Shown in pieces: positions 49,801 through 63,202 of a stretch of 64,000 bases of DNA (the stretch's first letter is position 1; each line of letters starts with the position of its first letter). The position numbers and the translations under genes were made by a program. The stretch is taken from the NCBI GenBank assembly GCA_002633005.1, contig NMRA01000007.1, positions 304,465 to 368,464 on the forward strand, written 5' to 3'. The notes under the pieces were generated by a model. It had not been told where the DNA came from. It did not search any database and was given only the letters and a program-made list of their open reading frames with translations. Source of the DNA: Phoronis australis (lineage: Eukaryota > Animalia > Phoronida).

Positions 49801-52800
49801 AAGACTGAACTTGGTTTTATGAAAACACAATATCCAAAAATATAACTTAATTACACACAATGAGTTGGTAACTCAATTCACAACCAATGCGCACAAGTTT
49901 GTAATTTTATGGTTGCCCAACACCAATAAACTCTGGAGAATTTTCTTGAATTCTTGATGGTTGCAATGTTCTTGTTGGTAATGGAAACAGAATCCTATCA
50001 CACTAAGGAATATCATTCAACTGATTTTACGAAAGCAACAAGCCTAACTCAAGTTTTTTGGCAGCTAAACTGGCTGAAACACAATATGTTTTAAATATGG
50101 TCCTATATGTAGCTTTAAATAAAACAACAAACTCAAAAACTGCCTAATCTTGATAAAAGGCATATTTGAGTCTCATGCACTCAGTATGCAGCACCCTCTC
50201 CATCACAAAATACAAAACTTTAAAACAAAGAGCTCACAAATTATTTATGACTAGTGATTACATCACCCATGGATTTTTGTACAGAGACAGAGGTGTGGTC
50301 TAAGCACACCATGGCCCCGCCTAATCTGTCACTCATCTTTACCTGGCAGTACAAAGCTACTAGCAGGAAGCTGCATTGAAATGTTGGCTGGTTTGTTGGC
50401 CGACGTCCCTGGAGGGGCGCTTGTGCTGGCAGAGGGTAGGTAGGTGGTTACTGACAAGGTCTGGGGCACGGAACTTGATTGGGGGTAGCTGTCACGGTTT
50501 TGGTTGATAAAAAATGGCTTTGGAACATTCTGTTCAGGAGACTGAAACAATACAAATAATCAATCATCAAGGACTGGCTTGTCATGCAAATAAACAGAAC
50601 ACTCAATCTATTTGTGTTTCTTAAGTACTACTTATGCAGAGCAGCCCCATGCAATTCCATTTGTTTACAATCTCCAATCTTCCGTAGGTGCCCACAAGAC
50701 ACAATGCAAAAATAAATTTACAACTAATGAAAGCTTTAGCAAATGTCCTTTTATGAAATCTACTCAATACAAACCAAGGCAATAACAGACTGAATATTCA
50801 TAACCTTTACTTTTGCCGAGAATTTTGACAAAATAAATTTTTATTTGCATGCCATATTGTGAGCTAAATAGGTGACAAATTGCCATACCCATTGCCTTTT
50901 CCCACTATGTTAAATCCACTAAAAAGGGCAAAAAGCATTTCAACTTTTCCGTTTGGTAGTTAATCAACTGACTCCAAAAGTTTTCACTTAGAGGTGCTTA
51001 TGTTTACAAAGATATCACAAGGTGGCACTGCGATAAAAGTGAATCAAGGATGAGTTCAAAGTTCATGGTGTGAAGGCAGTGGATCATTTACAGATACTTC
51101 GGCTTCACTGGACAAGCAATGGTGTTTTTCCAAAAAATACACTTTTCTTGGGCATATCAAAAAAGTTTGAGCTGATGGCGAAAATTGATGATGGCATTTT
51201 CTTCTTTAAATTAAGTAGTGGGCANAACCAAGGCAATAACAGACTGAATATTCATAACCTTTACTTTTGCCGAGAATTTTGACAAAATAAATTTTTATTT
51301 GCATGCCATATTGTGAGCTAAATAGGTGACAAATTGCCATACCCATTGCCTTTTCCCACTATGTTAAATCCACTAAAAAGGGCAAAAAGCATTTCAACTT
51401 TTCCGTTTGGTAGTTAATCAACTGACTCCAAAAGTTTTCACTTAGAGGTGCTTATGTTTACAAAGATATCACAAGGTGGCACTGCGATAAAAGTGAATCA
51501 AGGATGAGTTCAAAGTTCATGGTGTGAAGACAGTGGATCATTTACAGATACTTCGGCTTCACTGGACAAGCAATGGTGTTTTTCCAAAAAATACACTTTT
51601 CTTGGGCATATCAAAAAAGTTTGAACTGATGGCAAAAATTGATGATGGCATTTTCTTCTTTAAATTAAGTAGAGGGCACAGGTTTCAAAATGAGTCGGGG
51701 TACAGCAACCAGCGCCGAGGGTCTAATCTATCTACACAAAATTATTTTTTACTACTTTAGAGGAAGCTCTGAAGATCATTCTCTATTATTATATTTTGCA
51801 CTTGATGACCCTAGTTTTAAAGCTCTAAGTATGAATCTACAGTGGCTGATTTAGAGGGAGGGGGCAAGGGGGCCAATTCCCCCCCTAAAATTCTCCCAGA
51901 TTCCATTTGGCAGTTCGGGGGTGCGAATGTCTGACGGGCAAAATCCTGGTTAATACTCTGTCCTGCCCCCTCCCCCAACTCAAAATCCTAGATCCGCCCC
52001 TAATCTGAACTTGAAATCTCGAGTTTTGAAAACTCAAGTTTGAATGAGTTCAAATCCAGGGGTCATCAAGTGCAAAACTGGGCTAGACACTCATCTCAAG
52101 TTGTACTTAAGTATAACAGGAAATATCAAAAATATTTTCGAGTTTAAGTTCAAGTTCAGAAATCAGAAACCGGTCCGCAAACCAACATTGCTTCATTGCC
52201 TGTTAAATGAAATGAAATGAAGTGCTTTTTGTTGAAAAATAATGAATATTTGAACTAAAGCACGAGCTGCTGACAAATCCCGTCAATGATTGATGATATC
52301 AAATAAATGTTTGGTGAATTTGTGGATTTATGCAAACACTGAATGAGCTTTCATCTACTATTTTATCTTAATAACTAATTCAATATTTAGATTTGATACA
52401 TACCGAGAGCAAACCCTTCTATGTTGAATTACTAATATTACAGAAAACAAGTAGGGACCTGTTATGCAATACCCCTAATTTAAATGCTAAGGCTCTATTC
52501 ATTTCCACTGAAATAATAAGAACTGGGTGTTCAGATATATTATTATACAAGAACAACTGGGTCGTTGATGCATGCCGACTGTGTGCATCACCTATAGCAC
52601 AGATGGGGGGCTTATCATTATTTCAAACTTTCCCACTAAATGGAGTAGTGCTAAAAGGGGGTGCAAAGCAAACCAGCAATACTCTCTTCAATAGGAACAC
52701 ACCAGGTACGAGCAAGCTAATACATTATGATTCTTCATACAATTTGAATAAAAAGGCCACTAGAGGCACAACATAGGCCAAATCCATCTGAAACAGCTGC

Positions 52801-55800
52801 GGTTGTGCTGCCATCTGCATAACTAGGTAAATTATTTGCAAAATTTTATGAACATCCATCAAGGAACTCCATACATATCAAGACAAATCCGAAGAAAAAA
52901 AATGCCACTAGGGGACTGAGCAGTTGTTGGAGTTATGACCAAAAATTCAGTCATGCCATTTGAAATGACATGAAAAGATCATAACTACACAACACAAACA
53001 TCCATGTAGAGATTTTGGAGATACATCAGCGACAGACACCGAACGGCCATTAATTATCTTATTCAAATATTTATCATGCTTTCCTAACAATTAACCTGGC
53101 ATTAAGACTTGGAAACATCCTTCAGAGAGCTGTTTCAATGATCAAATTTGTAGTGAAATTTGATAGTAAACTGACAGGCACTCTGCAGGCTGTCAATATC
53201 AGCTGTAATGCATGTGTCCTTTGTCTCTCCACAACTCTATCCAGAGGAAGTTGACCCATTCATTAGGCTGATGGGCTAATTGCTTTACATTATAACATCT
53301 CATTAACTGCAACAGGCTCAGGGACCATACAGTCAATTTCACACACCAAGCTGGAAAACGAATTAAGCAACTGAAATTAATGAATGGAGGTTTGTCTTGA
53401 CTCAATTTCTAAACTAGTCAACTTGAAGCAAAGCTTTTAATTATTAATAGTTAGTACAAAGCCATTAGTTGCTTCAAGAAAGGAAAACAAAATAGCAATG
53501 GCTTTCCGAAGTGAACCCAAGCATTTTACAATACAGCAATTCTTCATGGAAGTTGGAAAAAACAACTGCTCAATTAACTTAACGGTTCATTTTGATTTCA
53601 AATAGTCACTATTTGTGCAGCTTGGCAACAGTTACACAAGTTTAAAATGTTGACTTGAGCAAAGAATTTTTTGAAAGCTTGTTTCAATGAAGAATTTTAA
53701 ATTTTCTCAGCAACCTAGTAATATTGTTTCTACTCTACTTTTAGAACAGTATAATGTCCCCAATTCAAAGTTCAGCAAAAACTGTCAAGAGCCGTCAACT
53801 AATTGGACATTTCTCCACATATCCTGCCCATCTGAAGTGGATGCAGGCCATTAACAGCAGAGGGTTCCTAAAATAAACAGGATCTCCGGTTTCACCACGC
53901 ACCAAACTGGCAGGCAGCCATGCCATATATGGCCAACACTGCCTTAAGAATCTGTTAACTAAATGTAAACACATACAAATGAGCAATGAGAGCAGCATAC
54001 CAGAGCACAAATAAGGGTGACCTCCAGCCAAACCTGGCTCATCCCATCACTAATTTGGCAGCTGTCTCATAAAACCATACCATATGTTGGTATTTGCCAG
54101 ATTCCAACTTGGTGCTCACAGCCAAATACAAACAATTCTATGTGGATGGAAATTTTGGTTCCTGCAGAAACAAAAACGATCTCGTGAAATTATACAAGAA
54201 ATTTGAAGTCATGATAAATACATCGGCTTTCTTGTTGATTTGATATTTTGAAATTCATTCTCCATCTGGGACACAGACTCAGAGTTCAACAATTTTCATT
54301 CTCTGATACATATATTCTAATAATGACTTTAATTGTTGAAAATTAATGCTTTAACAAAACGGCTTACTAGGATTTTAAACCTCTTACAAATGGTTTCATT
54401 CCAGAAAACACTATTTGCAAAAAATTTTGGGATAACAAATTGTTTTGTGAGCTTCCGCTCAATAAATGGACACCAAAAAATAAAGGTGCATATACATGTA
54501 GGCTCTAACTTAAAAATCAGACTTTCAAGACTCAAAAAATTCACCAACTCACTAAAATTCTATGCAGCACATCCCTGTTGATCGCAACAAAATCATGTTG
54601 CAAAATGGAATTTCAAGAAATCAGAAAACTAGCAATGCTCTTTTTAATTTGAAATGGAGCACATAAAGAAAATTCATTGAAACCCTAAATTCTACATACA
54701 GAACTTCTACAGTCATTCATCGCTCGTTTAGCACACATTATGGCCGACAAATGACTTTTTCACTCGATTTAACACAATAATTTTAGTAAAAATTAAATAC
54801 TAACATCATTCACAGATAAAACAGACTGAGTGACTAGCTGTTGTCCTGCTTTCTGGTGGTGCAGGTGCAACATTTTGAAAGAATTTTTTAAAATCACTGT
54901 TTTCACTACAATATTGTGTAGTGGTGGATTTAAAGGGGGGCCAAAGGGGGCCATGCCACCACCACCACCCCCTCCCCCCAAATTCTCCCAGATTCCATTT
55001 GGCAGTTTGAGAGTGCGAATGTCTGACCGGCAAAATCCTGGCTAATACTCTGCCCTGGCTCCCCCTTAACTTAAAATCCTGGATCCGCCCCTGTTGTGGA
55101 TGAAAAAACGCAACTCTTTGAGAGAAAGCTATTGACTTCACACTAAGAAATTAGAGCCACGTGAAAATGCTTAATCAGTGTTTTTGATTGTTTTATCAAT
55201 TTTCTGTAGACAAAAAACACTATAAAAATGAAACCTGTGAACAGAAAACCAACAGAAANTTGCAAAAAATTTTGGGATAACAAATTGTTTTGTGAGCTTC
55301 CGCTCAATAAATGGACACCAAAAAATAAAGGTGCATATACATGTAGGCTCTAACTTAAAAATCAGACTTTCAAGACTCAAAAAATTCACCAACTCACTAA
55401 AATTCTATGCAGCACATCCCTGTTGATCGCAACAAAATCATGTTGCAAAATGGAATTTCAAGAAATCAGAAAACTAGCAATGCTCTTTTTAATTTGAAAT
55501 GGAGCACATAAAGAAAATTCATTGAAACCCTAAATTCTACATACAGAACTTCTACAGTCATTCATCGCTCGTTTAGCACACATTATGGCCGACAAATGAC
55601 TTTTTCACTCGATTTAACACAATAATTTTAGTAAAAATTAAATACTAACATCATTCACAGATAAAACAGACTGAGTGACTAGCTGTTGTCCTGCTTTCTG
55701 GTGGTGCAGGTGCAACATTTTCAAAGAATTTTTTAAAATCACTGTTTTCACTACAATATTGTGTAGTGGTGGATTTAAAGGGGGGCCAAAGGGGGCCATG

Positions 55801-58800
55801 CCACCACCACCCCCTCCCCCCCAAATTCTCCCAGATTCCATTTGGCAGTTTGAGAGTGCGAATGTCTGACCGGAAAAATCCTGGCTAATACTCTGCCCTG
55901 GCTCCCCCTTAACTTAAAATCCTGGATCCGCCCCTGTTGTGGATGAAAAAACGCAACTCTTTGAGAGAAAGCTATTGACTTCACACTAAGAAATAAGAGC
56001 CACGTGAAAATGCTTAATCAGTGTTTTTGATTGTTTTATCAATTTTCTGTAGACAAAAAAACACTCTAAAATGAAACCTGTGAACAGAAAACCAACAGAA
56101 AATGTAACAATTGTGTTTTACCATCATGTAGTACATAGAAAAAAGTCCAAATATGGCTAACATCGGAACATCATATCTCAGCAATGGCTGCCAAGATTCA
56201 TATGAAACTTTCAGACAATATGTTTTTGCACTGCTTTTCAAAATATCGTTAGGATTTGATTCACAATATTGCACTTTTGCACGAGGAGATATCAAAACAG
56301 GAGTTTTGACATTTTCGTGGAAAAATTTAAAGTGGCATTCAAACGAAAACGAACAATATTTTACAAAATGATAATAGCATTTTGAGATCTCAACTTGGAC
56401 ATTAATATCAAATAAAATTTGATCAAGACATATTATTGATGCTGTTGTTTTGCTTTCAATGCATCTTTATTTTTCACGAAATTTTACTAAAAAGATGTGG
56501 TCATGTGACTCAATGGTAGATATAAATGTGAAAATCAAATTCTACAAGCTTTACTTTCAGAAAATATATACTTTAACTGAGTTGAAATCTATAGTTTTGT
56601 ATATATTTGACTAAATACAAAGACTTGCTAATAAAGACTAACTGACTGAAATTGTAACTCTTTCAATACTTGCAACTGTTAAGTAATCACTACCACTCAC
56701 ACCCACAGTTAAAACACTCTTGTTGCCATAGTTCATGGTTTCAGTGGCTAGTTGCCAGTGGTACTACTTTCAGGTTCACACCATCTAGTGTGGCCTTGGT
56801 TAGCCATTTTTTCCAACGAGATCTGACAGCAGTGCCACTCTCTGAGTAATAACTTTTGCAAGTTGCGACAGATACAACCTCTGGCTAAACCACCCCAAAC
56901 AAAAGGTTATAACAGCACTACAGTTACAACACTTTCAAAGGGTTCAGACAGAGAGTTATAACTGATTGAGTGTTATAAGATCCAACACCTACACAACCTT
57001 ACAGAATCATGTGACTTCTTTTCATTGTCAGCCATATAATTCAACAGGACAGCTTTTGTCAAAGTCACAGTAGCTAATGCTATAAGATTTTTCTTTCAGT
57101 TACAAATTAACAAACCATAACTCATTAAAGGGATTTTTAAATTAAAAGAATAGTTTGTAAGATGCAAATTTCATTTATACTTGCTTTTAAGTTTTGTGAT
57201 CTAACAGTTTTCTAAGACTTGGAAAAGCAGATTTTTTCCAGTTCAAGACCTTTGCCTAGAATACCAGTGTATACTACCTCCAATCAAGGAGCATAAACTA
57301 TCTTCAAGAGCCACAATTTAAATAAGGGCAGTTGAGTATCTGGTACCACCACTCTTAATTCGTATCAATCACAATAAATTTCACAAAAAGGACTAGCAAC
57401 GATAAAACTTGATGTGTGGACTCTGAAAGGCATCAACTAAAGAACTGAGAAATGATCACAATTATTATTTTAGAGAAAGGCATTTTTCTTATGAAAAATT
57501 CCTCATTTTAGACACAGTGTATTAAGCATTACTCAGTGAATAAATGTTATTTGTTTCGAAACTTGACAGAAATCAACCCCAGCATAAATAATTACTGGTG
57601 TTCAAAATTATGAAACGTTACCAGCTACAAGAAAGAGCAAAAAGGCCGTCTTTAACAATATGTGAGTGAAAACACACTTTAAAGCTGTCGATTCTTTTCA
57701 TAATTGGCGGCCAACAAAAATATCATATGTAATTGGTTCTGGTCTACGCCCCATTTGGACACCTACGCCTTGCAGTTTAAAGAAAAAAATATACCGCGCA
57801 ACACCCATCAATTCTCTAAAACAGAACCAACTATGGCTTTTAAGTCAAACTTCAAGTCTGTCAAGGGATCTTGGGACAGTTGGTGAGCAAGACTCGACTC
57901 AATGAAGCAGACTCCGTGTATTTAGGTAAAAAAGAAACACAAAACATCAGTGGACTGATACTGGCTATTTGCAGTTGGGATCAAACCTGTAGTGTCTTAA
58001 TAAGTTATAAAGCAGCTGCTGTTTTTACAGGGCCCCCACAGTCGCCACTTGCCTTAGGGGAAAGGTGCCTGTGCCTTCAGAGAGGGAACTTTTTGGTAGA
58101 GGAGAAAATATAGAAATGCATGTGAGATCAACCAATAAGCAGAGTTGATTCTGGCCTTCGTTGTCGATTTTTCAATACTGAGGTGATGGAGTGGTAATTT
58201 TTGATAGGTCATTTTTTATTTCAAAAAATCCACCTGAGACGAGCAAAAATTATGCCAATATTTTACAATGAAATCAGTTTCACTAGGAAAGAATAGCAGC
58301 ACTCGTGCCAGTAGTCAAAGGTCCCCTTTTCCATCACTGTTGGTGACAGAAAACATGGAAATGGCACCCTAATCCATTCCATTGTGTTGGCAAATGGCGA
58401 TTATAACGTTTATTAGAACAACAGATTTCACAAACAACAGATTTTGTTACTGCAAGAATAATGATTTATTTGCTCCTACTACCTTCCTCACGAATGGTAA
58501 TTCTCCATGTATTTAGCACATTCACCTCATTTCGCACATCCTAAATTATTTATAAAATAATATTCCGTCCTTCACTTATTTTGCATGAGGCTACTCAGTA
58601 CTCCACCTAAATCAGTTTTCCACTCAGGGAAATATGAACTCAAAGCCCTTTGAGTACATCTAAGTAATCCACACCTCTTAAGCTATGTTAATAAGATCTG
58701 AACATTGTATATTCACCAATTAATTCATCCCTTCATGCCAGATATCTCATGTTGTAAGCACTTATGCTGTTCTAAGCATGAGGTGAAAGGGGAGACCTGG

Positions 58801-61800
58801 ATGAATGACATGTCACTAAGCCCCATTTATATGAGGTGCACCGAGCAGCTGACATGGACTGACATGGCTGACATGGACCAAATTGATAACGCGGCAGCCA
58901 TTTTCGTCACTGGTTTGAGAGGTATGGCAAGTTCCGCTTGATCAGTTTCAATTACATGTCTAAACACAAACTAGGGCAAGGCAGAATGGATTATCTTTTA
59001 TTGTGCTTGTGCAATAGCGTGCCTATGGGTGACCACAGTTTTAGACGTTCGCCAAGGTTAAGCGAACAAGCAGACTGTCTTCGTATCACTGACTTCCGTG
59101 CTGCTCCAGTTTGCAATAAATATGACTGAATTGGAGTAGCCTGCACCATGACCACTTGTGCCAGGACAACTTGTGCCGTGGCAAGTGCTCCTTGTGTAAA
59201 AACGGTTTAAGATTCATATGCTCAAAAGATTATGGGGTAAAGTACTCCTATATTGGAACAGGATTAAGCAACTTAATTACTGTTAATTGGATCACATTGG
59301 CAACTTTTAGACCACATTTCATTAAGTTCACAGACAAGCAGTTGGCAATACATGGTTACTCAATTAATTTTGCATAGCCATCAACTACAAAGTCTGTATG
59401 TTTGCCGGATTCCAAAAATATAATTCATTTTGAGAAAAAATTAGTGGAGACCCACCATGTGCCTCAACTTGGAGGCTGCCAAATTTCTACAGGAGCATCC
59501 CTTAAATAATTTGAATTTCCATTGTAAGCGTTTTATCCAAATTTAGGTCATTTCACTTAATTTGCGTAACCACCAACTGAAACTACGTTGCATGCGCGCA
59601 CCCAGCCTTCACCATGGGGGGGCTCGAATTTCTGACGTTGTGGACCTTTTGGTAACAACGGACTAAAAAAAAAAAACGGGAGCACCACTGCGAATTGCGA
59701 GTTTGCGCTTATTTAGGGACTTTTGTTCCATTTTGTCAGACTTTTTGCTTCTCAGGGGCGGACCTTTTTGCCCATTTCACCAAATGAGGGGCTCATTCGA
59801 GCCCCCCCTGGGTGCGCGCATGCGTTGCTATCACTTGTCAAGGTTAACTCCATATTCACTTTTATGTAATTGAAGCTATCTCGGTATTATTATTACAATT
59901 TTCTTTTCCATACAAAATGCATGTTCCTGTACTCAGATATTTCAAGAGATTAACCACTTCTTTACCTTACTTTCCTCTTCATTCACAGTGCAGCTCAGTT
60001 CTGGTTCTTCAAATCCTGTAGGATTCATTCTTTGATCCACATCCGACTGTTGACCCGGGGTGACGGGAGGTGGGTCTGGTGAGTTCAAGCATGTCTGAAT
60101 CAATGCTTTTCCACTCTCACTGGTTATCATTGGCTGAAGTTTGCGCGTGGCAAAAGTATACACGTGACCCGTCTCGCTGGCGACAAGTAACATAACTTGT
60201 GTTCCTGTCAAGGTGGACAGTTCATAGGCCTAGGAATGCACATATTGTAATGTAATGTAATGTCAGCCTTCATAAAATCTCACAAAAATGATTAAGAAAA
60301 CCGACCAAATTTCCTCTTTCAAGAGCCAAACATCATTATGAATACCAACTGTTTCAAAATACTATACCACGCGCGCACCCAGGGGGAGCTCGGGGGCTCA
60401 TTCATTGGCGAAGTGGGCAAAAAGGTTCACCCCAAGAAACAAAAAGTCAGGAATTCGAGCCTCCCCATATTGGAGGCTGTGTGCGCGCATGTATACTTTT
60501 ATACTTATAATTATTTACCACAACGTTGGCTGAAGAATGAACTTTGACTTTGCCAACTTTCGACAGAAAGATAACGGTTAAGAACATTTCAGCCAGTTAC
60601 TGGCATGGTTTGAACTGTGACGCACGTAAATGTCGCAAAACACGACTAGGTTAAGTTCCATTGTAGCAAGATAATCGGTCGAAGTTAAAAACTGGAAAAT
60701 TGCAAATTTGGCAATTATTTGTGCAAAATAAGTGAAGAGTAACCTAATTGTCTGATGGTCTGGCTACGACACATAACAGATAGAACACTGTTATATTAGT
60801 TTGAAGCAACATGCTATTCACGAAAAGAAACAAGGAAATAGAATTTCCCATGTACACCACACTGTCTCCACCAATGGTTATCGAAAACAGCTTTCTCACA
60901 CCAAAGTGTTTTACACCATCATGGATAGACTCTAAAATTTAGAACACCAAAATTCAAGCCAAATTTGAATTTTGATTCTAAGGATTGGGACACGGGCAAT
61001 TTTTTGGTTCATTATATTTTTCAAATATCAGACAATGCTCTTTGTATCAACAGAATCTGGAAAAAGACTTGGAAGTTTAACAAAATAAGAGTAAATAGCC
61101 ACACAATGTTTTCATGTGTCTCAATAATGTGAAGTTAATGATAGTTTGTTATTGATAGTAATCCTTAAATGTAGGATGGCCTATATTGCCTAATTTTGAT
61201 ACAAGCTCCGACATAGAGCAAAGTACTTGTTTTTCAGCACAATCCCAAACTGGCAAACATCTCCTGTATACAATTCTCTGGTTCGGGACAGAGCAAAAAA
61301 ACTTTTATATTTCCCCAAGATCAGAAATTGTACCAAATTTTAGAAATAAACAATGTTGGCCATCCCAAATTCAAGAATTGCAATCAATCTTAACTAGGCC
61401 AAAACTACTGATTAAATTATTTTTTTCCTACATTGAGTACACTGGTTCATTGATAACAATGAAAAAAATTACCAACAAACTAAAACTTTCTGAAAAATCA
61501 TTTTGCAAGATGAATTTCCCATGTTCGTCAGTGTGCCTGTGGCTTGTCTGAAGAATTTTACAATGTATAGTTGTTTCTGAGAATTTGCAGAAATGAAGAT
61601 TAGGAGGCTACAGTGTGCTGTATGAGCCATGTTTGTATTTCAGCTCAGGGGAAAATCCTGTGTTGAGGGACTAGGAGTGGACAAACAACCACATCAAAAA
61701 TGTCCTGGCACTTACATTTTCACATCTTATTAATTACGTGGAGAATAAAACCATCCACCTTTGTATTATACTACTACTACTATTACTCCAACAATTAATT

Positions 61801-62242
61801 GCAAAATGTATAAAAATGTTAGATCATGTGACTTGTAAGCTTGGGTTGTGTGCCGGTGATTGACCTTCGTCAATTAATGAGTTCAGTCAGTCACTGACTG
61901 ACGGGCACAAGGGACATATACTTTAAGGATTAGACATCGAGGTCAACTCACCTTTTTCATTATTCCTGTTTTGCGTTTACTAAATGTCGTGTATCGCCTT
62001 AACTTGTTGTCAATGAATTCCATTTTAATTTTAACCCGTCCTTTTGTTTTCTTCACCGGTGGTTGCGGCAACGTTACTTTTTCGGACTCAGAATCCGAGT
62101 CATCGTCAATAATTTCACGTTTTTGACCGTTCTCTCGCGGGGCATATCCTAAGGGAAAAGCGCCCAATGAGTCAGACATTGTTGATACTTGCGTTGCACT
62201 GTGCATGCCGTTGGTCGTATCGCTTGCTATCGACGCTTGCAT
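46840..62242 (-). CDS. SRF: Serum response factor (MADS-box, SRF/blistered class), 8 predicted coding exons, ~412 aa
   Basis: Exons (minus) 62242-61952, 60229-59966, 50541-50343, 49732-49622, 49330-49241, 48463-48293, 47477-47425, 46899-46840; phases consistent. MADS/SAM region KKTKGRVKIKMEFIDNKLRRYTTFSKRKTGIMKK|AYELSTLTGTQVMLLVASETGHVYTFATRKLQPMITSESGKALIQTCLNSPD is diagnostic, and VMYHTPQGVVYA resembles the SRF C-terminal conserved patch. Downstream exons, the exact start ATG and possible extra exons in the 9.4-kb intron are less certain. Confidence 0.93.
47604..47765 (+). mobile_element. Possible degenerate tRNA-derived SINE fragment
   Basis: A-box-like TGGCCTAGTAGG (~47614) followed by B-box-like GGGTTCAAATC (~47644) and an A-rich tail at ~47755; no full cloverleaf. 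Confidence 0.3.
50772..51678. other. 453-bp direct duplication around a single N (probable assembly/haplotype overlap)
   Basis: 50772-51224 and 51226-51678 are nearly identical (about 4 substitutions seen) and abut the N at 51225. Confidence 0.85.
51840..52002. mobile_element. CAGGGGCGGATC-type MITE nested inside an older inverted-repeat element (51794-52077)
   Basis: CAGTGGCTGATTTAGAGGG ... AAAATCCTAGATCCGCCCCTA, near-TSD ATCTA/ATCTG. Outer arms are TTTTGCACTTGATGACCC (51794) and GGGTCATCAAGTGCAAAA (52077). Confidence 0.7.
54415..56101. other. ~844-bp direct duplication around a single N (probable assembly/haplotype overlap)
   Basis: 54415-55258 and 55260-56101 are nearly identical, with a few SNPs and indels, and abut the N at 55259. 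Confidence 0.85.
54919..55093. mobile_element. CAGGGGCGGATCCAG-type MITE, 5-bp TSD (repeated at ~55764-55936 within the duplicated block)
   Basis: ttgtg|TAGTGGTGGATTTAAAGGGG ... AAAATCCTGGATCCGCCCCTG|ttgtg; internal sequence homologous to the 51840 copy (ATTCTCCCAGATTCCATTTGGCAGTT). Confidence 0.75.
59591..59822. mobile_element. CATGCGCGCACCCAG-TIR MITE, 5-bp TSD
   Basis: cgttg|CATGCGCGCACCCAG ... CTGGGTGCGCGCATG|cgttg. Confidence 0.8.
60368..60491. mobile_element. Same CATGCGCGCACCCAG-TIR MITE family, internally deleted copy, 5-bp TSD
   Basis: tatac|CACGCGCGCACCCAG ... CTGTGTGCGCGCATG|tatac; shares the TGGGCAAAAAGGT and GAATTCGAGCC blocks with the 59591 copy. Confidence 0.75.
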
Positions 62243-62540
62243 CCTGTAATGTACGTTTACAACGTGAACGTTTTGTACTCAATCCAATCCGCGCATCAAC
62301 CTTCTCTATTAGGAATGACCGCATTGCGTCTTCATGAGTGCGCACAAAAAAGGTCTTACTTCTTCGGAAAATTTTCATATATATACTCTTTATTTGAAAT
62401 AAATGTAGCACTTTTTGAAATAACCATTGCATTTTAATATCTTTTGTGTTATGTTATTAATGGAAAGCTGGCATATTCAAAAATAGAAATGACGAAAAGT
62501 AGTAATACGCGGATGAATAAAACCTCAGTGCTCTAGATCG

Positions 62541-62591
62541 CCATATTGGGAAATTCAATGCTCCCTATATGGTGTCAAGGGCCATATATGG
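62541..62591. promoter_or_regulatory. Cluster of three CArG / CArG-like boxes upstream of SRF
   Basis: CCATATTGGG 62541-62550 (1 mismatch), CCCTATATGG 62563-62572 (1 mismatch), CCATATATGG 62582-62591 (perfect CC(A/T)6GG), about 300 bp upstream of the SRF ATG. TATA-like TATATATA at ~62378-62386. Confidence 0.7.
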
Positions 62592-63139
62592 GGCCAGACT
62601 GAGACCGATTCTGTAAACACAGCGCCTGAGATGGTGTGCCCGTGACTGCAGTGAATAAAACGGAGACGTGGCGGTGCTGTTGTGAATGACCGCGCTGTGT
62701 AACTGTTTGTTTGCTACGGCACTATCAATTAAAGAGACTGAAAATGAAATAATTCAGAATATTTTAGAAATATAACTGATACAATGAAATGAGTAATCCG
62801 ATCAGCGAACTGAAAGGTTTCGGGGAGCCCCTCGATCACTGAGCCGTGAGCTGGACTGCGGCACCATAGTATATGTCAAGCACCCTATCGTGCCTCTACT
62901 GACCAACAATATCCGTAGACCGTAACACCGCTTTTGTCTTACTAATTGCATTTCGAGAATCTGCAAGAGTACAGTTGTGAGTGTTTTAATTTCTGTAAGC
63001 CATGCCGCGTACGTGGCCTGCATATGTTTTAATGTCTTCAATAGACTTAGTTCTAGATACAACTGGAACTCTAATTGTAACCCTTATTTACATTATGTCA
63101 TCTTTTTGTAAATATGTGTTCTGCCTAGTCTTATCATGC

Positions 63140-63202
63140 CATGGACGGCGCAGCACTGAAAAAAGTGGGGGCTATAGCCCCGCCCCCATTGCGCCGCCCA
63201 TG
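63140..63202. mobile_element. Tiny CATGG(G/A)CGG-TIR MITE with 5-bp TSD, adjacent to a third CATGCGCG-family copy ending ~63505; related copy at ~63770-63851
   Basis: catgc|CATGGACGGCGCA...TGCGCCGCCCATG|catgc; GCAGCACTGAAAAAAGTGGGGGC is shared in reverse with ~63810-63837. Confidence 0.65.

Noticed and set aside
54793-55869. Poly-Gly / poly-Pro ORFs
   Set aside because: These are translations of the G/C runs inside a MITE; there is no splice or homology support.
50772-56101. Two apparent segmental tandem duplications and their duplicated ORFs (e.g. 51070/51524, 54793/55638)
   Set aside because: Each pair abuts a single N and differs by only a few SNPs, which is typical of unmerged allelic contig ends.
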